Source of the DNA: Saprolegnia diclina VS20
Lineage: Eukaryota
Assembly (NCBI RefSeq): GCF_000281045.1
Contig: NW_008246119.1
Coordinates: forward strand, 241,023-276,238
Reading direction: 5' to 3'
Length of the DNA stretch: 35,216 nt
Both the position numbers and the translations under genes were made by a program. The notes under the pieces were generated by a model that was not told the origin of the DNA, did no database searches, and was given only the letters and a program-made list of their open reading frames with translations. Below are positions 32,950 through 35,216 of the stretch, in pieces. Positions within the stretch are counted from its first letter, which is position 1. Every line of letters begins with the position of its first letter.

Positions 32950-33149
32950 GACCCAGCTGGACCCGGCCTGGAAATCTCAAAACTGTTTGTACGGTCATTA
33001 TTCCGGAAAGAGACCCGCAAATCCAAAGGAGACGGTCAAATTGACGGGGTGAAATGGGCGAAACCGTCAATGCTGGTCGTTCTTGCTGCTGGGACATTTG
33101 CCTTTCATCCGGATACACTGGGTCAAACAAAGCTGGGGCTGAAATAGCC

Positions 33150-33500
33150 GCAACGTGCCCGAGCCCCACGACACCAAGGCCGCAACGTCCTCCGTCGTCT
33201 TTGAGGTACCTATCACGGCGCGAGGGCTGTGCGCTCATGGGCTAGCTCCAGATGCGGCGCCTCATTGCGTTGATCGGGCGCCATGATACGCTGGCGTACC
33301 TCGCGAGCCGTACCTCGCGAGGTCGAGGTTCAAGCAGCACTCGTGTGCGACCAAGACGGACCGGCGCCGTCACCAGCGTGCATATGGGCACGGTCAACAA
33401 GCGCACCCATGGCAAAGAACTCGACCGCCAAGTGATGGAACTCGCGTCGGAGCCAGCGCATTTGCTTCAAAGGCAGCAGCGACAAGAAGCAGCGCGACGT
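33150..33500 (+). pseudogene. Possible degenerate ankyrin-like fragment
   Basis: LRYLSRREGCALMG* and ALIGRHDTLAYL resemble the L..L...R.EGC type of ankyrin repeat. Contains a stop; boundaries are approximate. Confidence 0.3.
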
Positions 33501-34957
33501 GCAAGTGTCCCGATGAACCTCCATGTATCATGGCCCGCCGCGTCACCACGCCCGTGCCGAGCCGAGCAAGTTTGACCTCTTTGACGCGACCGTCGGCACG
33601 GCGCCCGTTGCAACGGATCGAGCAAGGTAGCCTACTACGCATACATGAACCGCGGTGTGATCGCTCGATCAGTGTAGGAGAACCCAACGCGGATGCGACC
33701 GTCATGTGTGGTGTCGACGACCTACGCGGCCTCGGCGCCCAAGAAATCGCTAAGGACAAGATCGTTGGCGTCAAGACACGGATTGCGCTCGTTGCCAACC
33801 GTATCAAGAACCTCTACAGCCCGCGAGCTGCGCTCGTATCCTCGTTCCTCGCCTCGTTCGGGCGGATGGGCGTCGACCTTGTACCCCGGAGTACATACTT
33901 GATCTCGTCCCAAGACAAGAACGTCTGCTCTGGGATGCGTGGGCAACCATCAAGAGCCTCAAGCGCTCGTTGCAGCCGCCTCGTCTCGGGCGATGTCGAG
34001 ATGGGGCTGCGCGCGACGGGAACCTATTCTCGAGCTGCTGGTAGTATCAATGTATCGAGTGGTGTTACGAATGTATGTATTGCGCGCGTCGTCTCGAGTC
34101 GCGCGCGTGACCATGTCCTGGATCGTCGACGTCGGCAGCCGGTACAATTCGAAGAGCTTGCGCTGGATCGAACGAGAGCTCGGATACGGTACTTGAGACG
34201 CCCGACGTTTGGCGATACCATTTCTTGGTCGGCGACGTGACCCAAAACGGGTTTGAACGTCCGCGCTTGAAGAGCAATCGCGCTTGGTCCAGCGTGACCG
34301 ACTCGGCGGTACGATCTTTGCCGCGATTGCAGCAGGTGATACGGCACACCGCGTCCGATGCTTCGAGGAGAATGCTCTTGGCGGTTGTGTTCTCGGCTTG
34401 GGGAACCACCGTGGGTGGATCGGGCTGTTGTTTGGTCCGCCTCGACGCTTGGTGAAGAAGTGCAGGAAGCGTCCGACATGCTCACGGTCAAGTCTCTCAA
34501 GGTACCTCGTTCTGCAGATAGGTATCTGTCGCGCGATGCGACTGGATCGGCGTTTGGCATCTCTGCGCCTAGACTTATGGCAAGAAGAGCACGGTGTCAG
34601 CGCGCGTGCCATCTACAACAGTATCAAGTCGATGGATTGATACGTACGGTTCGTAGATGGCCAACGTTGCCGCGACCGACAAGGATTACGCATTGCGGCC
34701 AAGGTCAGCAGCTGCGAGGCGCTTGGCCGCTGCGGCGTCGCTAAGCATGCGCCACGACTTAGACGCCAACCGTGGTCACGCACTAGCGCCTCCAAGCGGT
34801 GAATGCTTTACGACATGAAACATGTATGAATGAATTTGAATGCTTTTGTCATGCAGATCGTAGCGCCAAGACATGAGATCCAGCAACGCCTTCCTCTTGG
34901 TATAGCACTGCACCTATTGTCACTTCCTTACCCCTATCTATGCGTGCAGCGCCGCTA

Positions 34958-35216
34958 GCTATGTACCAGGTCTACCCCATATAAGTCTACCGGGCTGCAG
35001 GTTGGTACGTAGGTGTCGATGGCAAGAGTGAATAAGAGAAAAAGAGCTTTCCACGGGCATTTTGCTTGGGTTCGAGGACCCTTGCGCCATGCGCCAGACA
35101 TTATACGCGGGTGCATATGGTCCAAATAGATGCAATGTCCTTTGAACCACACCCGCGTAGAATCGGAAAGTCGTGGCACCACCGGGGATCGAACCCAGCA
35201 CCAACTGGGTTTTACA
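34958..35216 (-). mobile_element. tRNA-derived SINE-like / Pol III element, copy 2 (inverted, 5' end cut by the window edge)
   Basis: 35216-35026 is the reverse complement of 30567-30757 with 2 substitutions in 191 nt. The tails then diverge but share ACACCTAC and GGGTAGACCTGG..CATAG. Confidence 0.8.

Noticed and set aside
33530..34750. Transposase or other gene in ORFs 33530-34240 and 33959-34612
   Set aside because: Patches look coding-derived, but I could not recognise RT, integrase, DDE or other motifs.
1..35216. CRISPR array, rRNA or prokaryotic defence system
   Set aside because: No regularly spaced repeat-spacer array or rRNA-like sequence; the genes are intron-containing and eukaryotic.

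Overview
Eukaryotic, gene-dense, GC-rich DNA with short GT-AG introns (42-60 nt, many GTACG donors) and oomycete-type INR/FPR core promoters. It is most consistent with an oomycete, probably Saprolegnia-like; that assignment is inference from gene content and style. Positions 1-27.6 kb hold intact genes that I spliced by hand: a BPHL-like alpha/beta hydrolase, a SAM-methyltransferase-like/MYND protein whose stop codon overlaps the hydrolase's, two tandem GT71 mannosyltransferases, a USP deubiquitinase with Tudor/MBT-like repeats, a PH-SnoaL/NTF2-C2-MAP kinase fusion, a C2H2 transcription factor, a small membrane protein, anthranilate synthase component I, a 947-aa helical protein and an anoctamin. 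Positions 27.7-35.2 kb are a decayed zone with an assembly gap, ankyrin-like and other pseudogenes, and a pair of 62-bp inverted repeats. It also has two near-identical, oppositely oriented copies of a ~210-270 nt element with a tRNA-like head, Pol III boxes, a hairpin-rich body and a T5 stop. The strongest candidates for something new are that structured Pol III/SINE-like RNA and the ligand-pocket-like SnoaL domain inside the MAP kinase. All domain calls come from motif recognition by eye, not from searches.
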